Positions 9,162 to 18,793 of a stretch of DNA of 64,000 nt are shown here, in pieces; position 1 is the first letter of the stretch, and each line of letters opens with the position of its first letter. The notes under the pieces are model-generated. The model made no database searches. It had not been told where the DNA came from and was given only the letters and a program-made list of their open reading frames with translations. This stretch comes from Planctomycetaceae bacterium (GTDB taxonomy: Bacteria > Planctomycetota > Planctomycetia > Planctomycetales > Planctomycetaceae), in assembly GCA_041749515.1 (NCBI GenBank), contig JBGTBF010000043.1, positions 85,526 to 149,525 on the forward strand, written 5' to 3'. Position numbers and translations under genes: made by a program.

Positions 9162-11924
9162 TTAATCGACAAACAAAAACTCGTTCGACATCAGCACCGC
9201 TTGGGCAAGTTCTTTGAGTGAATGTGTTTTCAGATAGTTACTGAACAGGTCGAGTTCTTGCGATACAGGCTCTCTGGTGTAAGCAAGTTGAATCAGTTGA
9301 GCAGGAATATCTGCAGGTGCTGCGGCGGATTTCTCGACCCGCTCGGTCAGGGAAGCGGCAATTTCTTCTGCAAAATTCGAGTTCATCGCAAAGAGGGCTT
9401 GTTGAGGAACAGTCGTAAGCGGCCGACCTGGGCTGGAACTGTCCGGCGAAGGGAAGTCAAATGTTCGTAACAGACTGGAAACATTATTGCGATCAATCAA
9501 CCCGTACACCGAACGGCGATTCGGAGACGGTTCTTTTTCCAGATCAACGGGCCGTCCTCCAGGGGTTGTGTCAAGTCGTCCGGAAACCGCAAGCATCGTG
9601 TCCCGCATCGCTTCGAAGTCGAGGCGTTGACGATTTTGCTTCCAGAAAAGTTGGTTGGCGGGATCAACCTGGCGTCCCTCTGGTCGATCGTTAGACGACT
9701 GCAGGTAGACGCTGCTCAGCATGATTTCTTTGTGGAGTTTCTTCAACGACCATCCATGTTCATGAATCAGGCTCCACGCTAAGTAGTCGAGTAGCTCGGG
9801 ATGAGAAGGAACTTCACCACGTAACCCGAAATCGCTGGGAGTTGCTACCAGAGGAGTTCCAAAGTGATACGACCAGACGCGATTCACAATCACTCGAGCA
9901 GTCAGTGGATTGTCCGCAGCCACAACTTTTTGAGCGAACTCCAAACGTCCCGAGCCTTTCTCGAACTTCGAATTTGGATTCGGATCCAGCAGATGCGGCA
10001 ACCGACGTGGGACACGGTCTCCGTTTCGACCTGCGGTCCCCCTCAAAAAGATATGCGGTTCGACCGGGTTATCTTTATCAACCAGCACCATCGAGCGCGG
10101 CGGAGCATCAGGTGAATTCACATTCCACTCGCTGATCTTGGATTCAAGCTTTTTCAACTCGTCTCGATTATCGCGCTCGAACAACGGAGAGTCCCCGTTG
10201 AGCGGCAAATCGGTAATCGACTTTGGCCCGTCAAACAACTTTCGAAACGCATCAACTCCGGGATCATCGAACTGCGTTGATTCCGGCTTCTCGGCTTTCA
10301 ATGTGTTCCATGCAGCCACAGTCTCCTCAAAGACCTTCCCAAATACACGCACCACTTCTTCATGATTTTGTGGCTTGGCTTCAACCAACTTCGCAGAAAT
10401 CAGAGCTTGCTCCGGGCTGTGTTCCTGTTCCAGCTTTTGGATCACCTCAGACAGATTCTCGGGCGAAGTATTCAGCAACTCGCTGAGCAGTGACAGAATC
10501 GGTTCTTTTTCTTGAACGCGTTCCAGGGAAAAACGTTTCCAGTATTCTTTTGTGCGGTCACGCGGTGGTCCGTGGGTGAATTTCACCTCTTTAGGAACTT
10601 TGCCCAGGTCCACTGCAACCGCAAGCAGGTAATCCAGCGCCTGTTCTTTCGCCTTGTTGAGCAGGTCGAGATGGGCGGAAGTGCTGTAGTCGGTACGATC
10701 TTTTTCCCGCTTGCCAAGCTCCGCATAAAACGCTGCATACTTCGGATCCTGCTGGTCGATCTCGCCGATCAGCGGAAGATCACCCGGCTCTGTACTGCTG
10801 TTAAACATTCCATACAGGGAATAATAATCAGCGGTCGGAATCGGATCGTACTTGTGATCATGACACCGCGCACACGCGACCGTCATTCCCATCAGTCCTC
10901 TGGTAACAACATCAATGCGGTCGTCTATAATATCGGGTTCCCGATTTAGGAAACGCGGGCCGATGGTCAAAAAACCAAGAGCTGCCAGGCGCGGATCATT
11001 CTTGGAATAACCGAGTTGATCCGCCGCAATTTGCTCCATCAGAAATTGATCATAGGGAATGTCGTTGTTCAGGGAATCAATCACATAATCGCGGTAAGTG
11101 TAAGAGTAGGGGTAAAATCGATTCTCGGTGAAGACGTAACCTTTGGTGTCTGCATAGCGTGCAATATCGAGCCAATAGCGGCCCCATCTCTCTCCGTAGC
11201 GTGGACTGACCAAAGAGCGATCGATCAATTCTTCGATCGCCTGCGGGGATGCGTTGGCGGCGAATTTTTGAGCCTCTTCGTAAGTGGGGGGAACACCAAG
11301 CAGGTCGAACGAAATCCGTCGCATCAGAACGTGCTGCGAGGCTTGGGGACTGAGTGTGAGATTCTTTTCGGCAAGTTTCGCAACGATGAAGCGGTCGATA
11401 TTAGAAAGGGACTGACCTTCTGGAGCAGCAGGAATTGCAGGAAGTTCGATCGGTTTATAGGACCAGTGCTGAGCGGAAATGGCCTGGTAGTCGAGCGAGC
11501 CATCTGCGTGTTTGGGCAAGCCCGCTTTTACTTCTTCTTCAGCTTCTTCCGGCCAGTAAGCTCCCTGCTCGATCCAGGTTTTCAGCAACTGTATCTCCTC
11601 GTCCTTCAGCTTGCCCTCGGGAGGCATCTGGGTGTCGAGTTCGTTGTATTGAACCACTTGCCACAAACGACTTTCATCGAGCTTACCCGGGACTATGATC
11701 GGCCCCGAGGCATTGCCTTTGAAGACATGCACCTTACGATCCAGTCTTAAATCGCCCTGCTGTTTTTTATCGTTGTGGCAATTGAAACAATGCGTCGCCA
11801 ACAGCGGACGAACTTTGGTTTCGAAGAATTGTTCCTGTGCTTGCTTCGCATCTTCGGCAAGGATCAATGAAGAACACAATTGAACAAGTACAAGCGTCGT
11901 AATGAATCGGATCATGGCGAGCAA
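9162..11924 (-). CDS. Planctomycete cytochrome-c-domain protein of the PSCyt1/DUF1549/DUF1553 (PSD1) family
   Basis: N-terminal signal peptide. A CxxCH-containing PSCyt motif (THCFNCHNDKKQQGDLRLD) and a second Cys/His-rich motif (CARCHDHKYDPI) typical of DUF1549/DUF1553 proteins. 920 aa. Confidence 0.85.
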   Translation of the reverse strand: MLAMIRFITTLVLVQLCSSLILAEDAKQAQEQFFETKVRPLLATHCFNCHNDKKQQGDLRLDRKVHVFKGNASGPIIVPGKLDESRLWQVVQYNELDTQMPPEGKLKDEEIQLLKTWIEQGAYWPEEAEEEVKAGLPKHADGSLDYQAISAQHWSYKPIELPAIPAAPEGQSLSNIDRFIVAKLAEKNLTLSPQASQHVLMRRISFDLLGVPPTYEEAQKFAANASPQAIEELIDRSLVSPRYGERWGRYWLDIARYADTKGYVFTENRFYPYSYTYRDYVIDSLNNDIPYDQFLMEQIAADQLGYSKNDPRLAALGFLTIGPRFLNREPDIIDDRIDVVTRGLMGMTVACARCHDHKYDPIPTADYYSLYGMFNSSTEPGDLPLIGEIDQQDPKYAAFYAELGKREKDRTDYSTSAHLDLLNKAKEQALDYLLAVAVDLGKVPKEVKFTHGPPRDRTKEYWKRFSLERVQEKEPILSLLSELLNTSPENLSEVIQKLEQEHSPEQALISAKLVEAKPQNHEEVVRVFGKVFEETVAAWNTLKAEKPESTQFDDPGVDAFRKLFDGPKSITDLPLNGDSPLFERDNRDELKKLESKISEWNVNSPDAPPRSMVLVDKDNPVEPHIFLRGTAGRNGDRVPRRLPHLLDPNPNSKFEKGSGRLEFAQKVVAADNPLTARVIVNRVWSYHFGTPLVATPSDFGLRGEVPSHPELLDYLAWSLIHEHGWSLKKLHKEIMLSSVYLQSSNDRPEGRQVDPANQLFWKQNRQRLDFEAMRDTMLAVSGRLDTTPGGRPVDLEKEPSPNRRSVYGLIDRNNVSSLLRTFDFPSPDSSSPGRPLTTVPQQALFAMNSNFAEEIAASLTERVEKSAAAPADIPAQLIQLAYTREPVSQELDLFSNYLKTHSLKELAQAVLMSNEFLFVD

Positions 11925-12060
11925 TTTGGCAGGATGTTTCAGGCGGGAGGGTCCAAGACCGTGCTCTCCATTCTAGCAGACTTACCAGCCTTGGGCACAA
12001 CCCAAATTGTCCAAATCCCATTCTTGTCGCTGTTCGCTGACGCGGAAAACGACATTACGA

Positions 12061-13569
12061 TTAAATCGTTTCGGCGAGTGCAATCGCTTTTAACAAGCCT
12101 TGAGCTTTGTTAAGTGTCTCCTGATATTCAAGTTCGGGAACACTGTCAGCGACAAGGCCCGCGCCAGCTTGAACGTAAACTTTGTTTCCGATCATGACCA
12201 TTGTTCGCAGGGCGATACAGGTGTCCATGTTGCCGGTAAAATCGATATATCCGACAGCACCGGCGTAAGGGCCTCGACGGTGTTTTTCGAGTTCATCAAT
12301 CACTTCCATGGCACGAACTTTAGGAGCTCCGCTGACCGTCCCGGCGGGAAGACCCGCACGAAGTGCATCAAGGGACGTAAGCCCTTTTCGTAACTGCCCG
12401 TACACGTTTGATGTGATGTGCATCACGTGACTGTACTTTTCAACGACCATCACATCGTTAATAACCACCGAGCCATATTCTGCGATGCGACCCACATCGT
12501 TGCGTGCCAGGTCGACCAGCATCACATGTTCGGCGCGCTCTTTGGGATCAGCCAGTAATTCGTCTGCAAGCGCCTGATCTTCCGCTTCGGTCGCACCCCG
12601 TATACGTGTGCCTGCCAGCGGTCGAATTGTCGTCTCTCCATCTTCCACACGAACCATAATCTCAGGAGAAGAACCGATGAGCGTTGAATGCGGTGTTTTC
12701 AACAAGAACATAAACGGGCTGGGATTGACGACGCGCAACGCGCGGTAAATGTCAAGCGAAGTAGCGGTCGTTTCCAGTTCAAGTCGCTGGCTGATCACGA
12801 CCTGAAAAATGTCTCCAGCTCGAATGTATTCTTTCGAGCGATTCACCGCATCTTCGTATTCTGGCTGGGTAAAGTTGGAAGTCCAGTTGTCTGTTGCTTG
12901 CAGGTCTCGCACCACATCCGGAGCTGACAACCCCGATTTCCCCTGTTGTAATCGTTGACAGAGTTCGTCAATTCGCCCGCAAGTCCGTGCGTACTCCGCT
13001 CCGAGGTCTTCGACATCCGATTTTGCGTGAGCGACAATCATCACCGTCTTCTTGATGTGATCGAAGATCACCATCAGGTCGTAAAACGCGAACGACATAT
13101 CCGGAAGATGCCGGTCATCTTCCGGAGGATTCGGAAGATGCTCGGTGTAGCGAATCACATCGTAGCCCGCATACCCGACGGCTCCTCCCACAAATCTCGG
13201 CAAACCTGGCAAATGCAGCGACTGATACACCGCGACCATCCGACCCAGTTCATCCAGCGGATCCGCAACAACACTGATCTTCGTTTGCCCCGCTTCTGTA
13301 ACATGCAGCTCTCTGCCAAATGCTTCAATCCGCAAAAACGGATCGCCACCGAGAAAGCTGTAACGCCCTACTTTTTCACCACCGACAACACTCTCGAACA
13401 AAAAGGACTCACCACCCCACCCAGCTTGACAATACGCCGATACCGGGGTCAGCGTATCGCTATACAACGTACGATAAACCGGCACATAAGCCGATTCGCT
13501 AGCCAATTGTTGGACATCAGAATAAGTCGGATAGTGCATCGAAAACGCCTGTAAGGTGTGGCTTAACAC
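12061..13569 (-). CDS. trpE: Anthranilate synthase component I (TrpE)
   Basis: Chorismate-binding enzyme signatures throughout (…[21 protein letters not shown]…, …[22 protein letters not shown]…). Length 502 aa. Confidence 0.9.
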   Translation of the reverse strand: MLSHTLQAFSMHYPTYSDVQQLASESAYVPVYRTLYSDTLTPVSAYCQAGWGGESFLFESVVGGEKVGRYSFLGGDPFLRIEAFGRELHVTEAGQTKISVVADPLDELGRMVAVYQSLHLPGLPRFVGGAVGYAGYDVIRYTEHLPNPPEDDRHLPDMSFAFYDLMVIFDHIKKTVMIVAHAKSDVEDLGAEYARTCGRIDELCQRLQQGKSGLSAPDVVRDLQATDNWTSNFTQPEYEDAVNRSKEYIRAGDIFQVVISQRLELETTATSLDIYRALRVVNPSPFMFLLKTPHSTLIGSSPEIMVRVEDGETTIRPLAGTRIRGATEAEDQALADELLADPKERAEHVMLVDLARNDVGRIAEYGSVVINDVMVVEKYSHVMHITSNVYGQLRKGLTSLDALRAGLPAGTVSGAPKVRAMEVIDELEKHRRGPYAGAVGYIDFTGNMDTCIALRTMVMIGNKVYVQAGAGLVADSVPELEYQETLNKAQGLLKAIALAETI

Positions 13570-14144
13570 TCAGTACTTCAGTAGATCAGCGATTGAACCC
13601 TGGCCCAGTGGCTGATCATTTGATGTTGTCGTGGTATGAAATCGCCATCATAACGACTCTACTGTTCCGCTCAATGTGCGGACTGATAAGACACTGAACC
13701 AATCCACAGTTTGAGGTGTCAAGCTGTTCAATAATCCGGCCCCGCTTCCGAAATTCCTCTGAGATTTAGTATTCTCAAAATAATTTAAAAAAGAACTCGC
13801 TATTTGAAGCTCAAATGTGTAGAATGCGGTTTGCTTGCTCCTGCTTGTTGGCAGAGTCAGACCATTGAGTCGCTTCTAAAACCAACAACACATGACGCTT
13901 TTGGACACCGTAGGGATGTGTCCTTACGAGCGGTTCCGAACAAGCGTGAAATTGATTCCCGCCGTTTTTGTGTACCGGTACGTTTAAAATAACGTGCTAT
14001 TTCACAAGTTTGTACGACAAGCGTCAACTTGAACGACAAACATCAAACAGTGCGGTCATGTGAGGGTACACCCACTGAATTGGGGTACGGTCTCAGCGTG
14101 GCTTCGCTTCCACCACTCATTAAAGAAATACGTCTACCGAAATT

Positions 14145-16067
14145 ATGAACACTGTAATTACAACCACCGAAACTGATTTTGAAGCTACGCCTGAGAACAT
14201 TCAGTCAAGTCTTGAAACCACTCCCACCGAAGCCCCCAATGGATTCAGTATCCTGGGGCTTTCCGATGATGTGCAACGCGCTGTTGCACATTCCGGTTAC
14301 GAAACACCTTCACCCATTCAATCAGAAACGATTCCTTATTTGCTGGCTGGTCGAGATGTCATCGGACAAGCACAGACAGGGACCGGGAAAACCGCAGCGT
14401 TTGCGTTACCAATTCTGTCGATGATTGATCAGTCCAATCCGTTCCCACAAGTCCTGGTACTTGCACCAACTCGCGAACTGGCGATTCAAGTTGCTGAGTC
14501 GTTTGAAACGTACGCAAAATATCAAAAAGGCATTCGGGTCATGGCTGTCTATGGGGGACAGGATTATTCGATTCAACTTCGCGGCTTGAAACAAGGCGTG
14601 CAAATCATTGTCGGCACCCCCGGTCGCGTGATGGACCATATGCGTCGAGGTACTTTGAAGCTCGACGAATTGAAGTGTCTTGTGCTTGACGAAGCAGACG
14701 AAATGTTGCGGATGGGATTCGTCGATGATGTTGAATGGATTTTGACTCAAGCACCCGAACAACGACAGATCGCCCTTTTCTCAGCCACGATGCCTGCACC
14801 GATTCGCCGGATTGCAGATACATATCTTCGTAACCCTGCCACGATTACGATCAAGACTGATACACAGTCTGCTCCAACAATTCGCCAGCGATTTTTGATT
14901 GCTCCATTCCGCGATAAGCCAGAAGCACTCGTTCGAATTCTGGAATCCGAGCCGGTCGATGGAGTTCTCGTTTTCGTGCGTACAAAAAATGTGACCGTCG
15001 AACTCGCTGAAGAACTTGTTGCCAAGGGATACAACGCGACTGCACTGAATGGCGACATTCCACAAAAGTTGCGTGAACGCACAATTGATCAACTCAAGGC
15101 GGGTCGAGTGGATATTGTTGTTGCCACTGACGTAGCTGCTCGAGGTCTGGATGTGGATCGCATCAGCCATGTGATCAACTTCGATCTGCCACACGACTCA
15201 GAATCCTACATTCACCGCATTGGCCGTACCGGACGAGCTGGTCGCGAAGGTGACGCGATTCTGTTTGTGACTCCCAAAGAACGCCATCAGCTCAAGAACA
15301 TTGAACGCGTCACGCGTCAAAAGATTGAGCCGATGCAACCGCCAACCGCCAAAGAGATCAATGTCTTTCGCGTCAAGCGTTTCAAAGCCCGCATCACTGA
15401 AGCACTTGGTCGTACAGACAAGGGTGAGTATTCAGACATGATCAAGAGTTACATCAAAGAGAACAATACCTCTGCGGAAGAAGTTGCAGTTGCATTGGCG
15501 ATCATGGCTCAGGGAGATGTACCGCTGATTGTCCAGGACAAACCTTCTCGTGAGCAACACACGAAACGATTTGAACGGGACGATTCTGCATCGGATCGTA
15601 GAGGTGGACGCCCCGAACGTGGTGAGCGCTCTGAACGTGGTGAGCGTAGTGATCGTTCAGCAAGCAGCGATCGACCAGCCAGAGGCCCGCGACCTGAACG
15701 CGCTTCTCGCGACACCCCGGAAGAAGGCATGGAAAGCTACCGCATTGAAGTCGGTTCTGTCCACGGCGTGCGTCCTGGCAATATCGTCGGTGCCATTGCC
15801 AACGAGGCGGAACTCGACAGCAAGTTTATCGGTCGCATTAACATTCAAGACGATCACTCCTTCATCGATCTGCCCGCAGGCATGCCGCACGAAGTGTTTG
15901 ACCTCCTTCAAGATGTGTACGTTTCTGGTCAGCCGATGCGAATCACCAAAGCAAAGAGCGGCGGAAGCCCAAGCCCACAAAAATTTGGTGGCGCAGGAAA
16001 ACCCGCATCGAATCGTCGTCCCCCAGAACGCAGAGTTCCGTCTAAACGCGGTAACTTTTCACGCTAA
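14145..16067 (+). CDS. deaD: DEAD-box ATP-dependent RNA helicase (DeaD/CsdA-like) with a C-terminal DbpA-type RNA-binding domain and an RG/SER-rich tail
   Basis: Q-motif, GTGKT (Walker A), DEAD, SAT and HRIGRTGRAG motifs. C-terminal RGGRPERGERSERGERSDR low-complexity region. A 575-bp 5' leader precedes it. Confidence 0.9.
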   Translation: MNTVITTTETDFEATPENIQSSLETTPTEAPNGFSILGLSDDVQRAVAHSGYETPSPIQSETIPYLLAGRDVIGQAQTGTGKTAAFALPILSMIDQSNPFPQVLVLAPTRELAIQVAESFETYAKYQKGIRVMAVYGGQDYSIQLRGLKQGVQIIVGTPGRVMDHMRRGTLKLDELKCLVLDEADEMLRMGFVDDVEWILTQAPEQRQIALFSATMPAPIRRIADTYLRNPATITIKTDTQSAPTIRQRFLIAPFRDKPEALVRILESEPVDGVLVFVRTKNVTVELAEELVAKGYNATALNGDIPQKLRERTIDQLKAGRVDIVVATDVAARGLDVDRISHVINFDLPHDSESYIHRIGRTGRAGREGDAILFVTPKERHQLKNIERVTRQKIEPMQPPTAKEINVFRVKRFKARITEALGRTDKGEYSDMIKSYIKENNTSAEEVAVALAIMAQGDVPLIVQDKPSREQHTKRFERDDSASDRRGGRPERGERSERGERSDRSASSDRPARGPRPERASRDTPEEGMESYRIEVGSVHGVRPGNIVGAIANEAELDSKFIGRINIQDDHSFIDLPAGMPHEVFDLLQDVYVSGQPMRITKAKSGGSPSPQKFGGAGKPASNRRPPERRVPSKRGNFSR

Positions 16068-16253
16068 CATGTGTCTAACAGTCATTCTCTGAAAGTTCGT
16101 TCCACAAACACCAACTTTCAGTTGACGAAGACAGCCCAAACTTTTAACCTGTTGACATGAACACAAACTCACTACTACTGAACCTGCTGCTTTGCCTGCC
16201 TCTTCCGGGGAGGTCTTAGGAAGGTTCTGTGAGTTCATCAAGCACATAGCACA

Positions 16254-16292
16254 CCCTGAGTCTTCTTGTTCGGAAGACTCAGGGTTTTTTTA
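16254..16292 (+). terminator. Rho-independent terminator downstream of deaD
   Basis: 12-bp stem ccctgagtcttc/gaagactcaggg with a 7-nt loop, followed by a run of 8 T. Confidence 0.6.
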
Positions 16293-16395
16293 TTGCCCGC
16301 AGGTTTTATATCAACTGAACGCACTTGCGGCAGTTAAGTCACCATTCCAAATTTGACGCGACACAACTCTCATCACTTCACCATGGACTCCTGAA

Positions 16396-17967
16396 ATGTC
16401 AGACAACATCATCATCTTCGATACCACTCTTCGCGATGGCGAGCAATCCCCCGGATGCAGCATGGACACGTCTGAAAAGCTGGAAATCGCAAAGGCACTT
16501 GTCGAGTTGGGTGTCGATGTTATCGAAGCGGGTTTTCCCGTTGCCTCTCCGGGAGATTTTGATGCTGTTCAAAAGATTTCGCAAAAGTTTGGTAGCCTCA
16601 CCACGATCTGTGGATTGGCGCGATGTCGTAGAGAAGATATCGACAGAGCCTGGGAAGCATTGCAAGACGCCCAAAATGTTCGCATTCACATTTTCCTGGC
16701 GACCAGTGCGATTCATCGCGAGTACAAGTTGAACATGGCGAAAGAAGAGATCGTGCGACGGGCAGTCGAGATGGTGAAATACACCTGTGACCAAATGATT
16801 CAGCGCTCGGACATTACGATTCCCAATGTCGAGTTCTCACCAGAAGATGCAGCGCGGACTGAATTGGACTTTTTGTGCGAAGTGGTCGAGAAGACCATCG
16901 ACGCGGGAGCGACAACCGTCAATATCCCAGACACCGTAGGCTACGCAACACCGAATCACTTCTTCAAAGTGATCTCATACCTCAAAGCAAATGTCTCAAA
17001 TATCGATAGGGCGATCATCAGCACACATTGTCACAACGACCTTGGTTTGGCTGTCGCGAACAGTTTGGCCGGCGTCGAAGCGGGAGCCAGACAAGTTGAG
17101 TGTACGATCAATGGGCTGGGAGAACGTGCTGGGAATGCAGCTCTTGAAGAAGTGGTGATGGCACTTCGCACGCGCGGGGATTATTACAAGGTTAACACGC
17201 GGATCAACAGCAGCAAGTTGTGCCCGATCAGTCGACTTGTTTCCAATATCACGAACATGAAGGTTCAACGTAACAAAGCCATCGTCGGTCAAAATGCGTT
17301 TGCGCATGAAGCAGGAATTCATCAACATGGGATGCTTCAGAACAGTTCGACTTATGAAATCATGAAGCCCGCAGACGTGGGTTACGTCGGGGTCAATCTG
17401 GTCTTGGGAAAACATAGTGGTCGGCACGCTTTACGCGATCGTATTGTAAGTTTGGGTTACGAAGTGGATGAGGAAACGTTCCAAAGCGTCTTCGATGACT
17501 TCATTAACCTGGCAGACAAAAAGAAGGAAATCTACGACGCGGACATTGCCGCACTGATTGACTATCGCTCTCATGCAACCGAACAGCAGTGGACGATTAA
17601 GAATTTCCATACGCTTGGCGGAACGGGAACAATCCCGACTGCGACCATTGAAATGTTGAACAACGCCGGTGAGGTTGTTCAAGACGCTGCGACTGGCGAC
17701 GGTCCTGTTGATGCAGCCTTTAAATGTCTTGAGCGGCTTATGGGTGTTTCGGCGAAGTTGCAGGACTACAACGTGCGAAGTGTCTCACAAGGCAAAGATG
17801 CGTTGGGAGAAGTGGCTGTTGCAATTGAGGTCAACGAGAAAACGTTTCATGGAAAAGGGGTCAGTACCGACATCATCGAAGCCAGTGCACAGGCGTACCT
17901 GCAAGCTTTAAATAAGTCTTTAAGCTCCACCGGAGGACGTGGAACTCATGCTCAACATGGTGTGTGA
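16396..17967 (+). CDS. leuA: 2-isopropylmalate synthase (LeuA)
   Basis: [20 protein letters not shown]..., [16 protein letters not shown], and a C-terminal LeuA dimerisation/regulatory domain. 523 aa. Confidence 0.9.
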   Translation: MSDNIIIFDTTLRDGEQSPGCSMDTSEKLEIAKALVELGVDVIEAGFPVASPGDFDAVQKISQKFGSLTTICGLARCRREDIDRAWEALQDAQNVRIHIFLATSAIHREYKLNMAKEEIVRRAVEMVKYTCDQMIQRSDITIPNVEFSPEDAARTELDFLCEVVEKTIDAGATTVNIPDTVGYATPNHFFKVISYLKANVSNIDRAIISTHCHNDLGLAVANSLAGVEAGARQVECTINGLGERAGNAALEEVVMALRTRGDYYKVNTRINSSKLCPISRLVSNITNMKVQRNKAIVGQNAFAHEAGIHQHGMLQNSSTYEIMKPADVGYVGVNLVLGKHSGRHALRDRIVSLGYEVDEETFQSVFDDFINLADKKKEIYDADIAALIDYRSHATEQQWTIKNFHTLGGTGTIPTATIEMLNNAGEVVQDAATGDGPVDAAFKCLERLMGVSAKLQDYNVRSVSQGKDALGEVAVAIEVNEKTFHGKGVSTDIIEASAQAYLQALNKSLSSTGGRGTHAQHGV

Positions 17968-18074
17968 CAATTTCAAAAGCTAAGGGTCGATTTATAAGCA
18001 GGAGTGTACGATTCTGTACACTCCGGGCTTACTAAGGTTCTACACTGAAAAGAGGAACTGTGTACGGGTAAAAA

Positions 18075-18611
18075 CTACAAGTAATTCACATATTCACAAC
18101 AGGCTAGTATCATCGTTGTCAACAAGGGAAACAGGGAACACCACCGTTTCTTTTTCGAAGTTTCAGCTTGTTGCGGAGGCGTGTTTAGCATCGAGTTAAC
18201 AACGTCTTTGGGATCAATCTCGGTTTGATCGATCAGCGAGGCTTTTTCAATTTCTGAACGGTCCGCTTTTCTTAAGAAGCGTACACAGTAGATGTACGTG
18301 AAAATCTCGGTGCCGTTCAGCAATTCTTTCACTTCGACCTCGGATGAAACCACCTCGCACTCCAAAATGGTATCGCGTTGATGAGGCATGATCAGGGCGA
18401 GTAAAAAATTCTTCGCGTAAATCGGTTGTTTTGCAACAAGACGCGTGCCACTGACAGACACATCCTGAGTCCAGACTTTGACTGAAAAACCTTCGTTGAT
18501 CAGATGAACCTCACCGACCGTTCGAAACGATTTCCGTGCATGTTGTCGTCGATCTTCTGAGGTCAATTCCAGTTCACTTTGATCGACAACAGTCTTAATT
18601 TTCAATTCCAT
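18075..18611 (-). CDS. PilZ domain protein (c-di-GMP receptor-like)
   Basis: RxxxR (RRQHARKSF) and DxSxxG (DVSVSGTRL) motifs at PilZ-typical spacing. 178 aa. Confidence 0.6.
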   Translation of the reverse strand: MELKIKTVVDQSELELTSEDRRQHARKSFRTVGEVHLINEGFSVKVWTQDVSVSGTRLVAKQPIYAKNFLLALIMPHQRDTILECEVVSSEVEVKELLNGTEIFTYIYCVRFLRKADRSEIEKASLIDQTEIDPKDVVNSMLNTPPQQAETSKKKRWCSLFPLLTTMILACCEYVNYL

Positions 18612-18793
18612 AATTCAAATTCCAAAGAGAGTGACAGCCCAACTAGACTCTAGCTCACCTTTTTTCGTCTAGAACGATTTTTCCGACATTTTTCTGCAAT
18701 CGCCTCTGAGTACAGACCTTTACGGATGTCCAGTCTTATGGGGCAATTTAGCGACCTTCAATACCTTGCTCAGTAAAGTTGCACACTGCAACT

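Noticed and set aside
11016-11750. 244-aa plus-strand ORF
   Set aside because: Antisense to the DUF1549/DUF1553 gene. No motifs. A shadow ORF.
12955-13554. 199-aa plus-strand ORF
   Set aside because: Antisense to trpE. Arg/His-rich. No start context.
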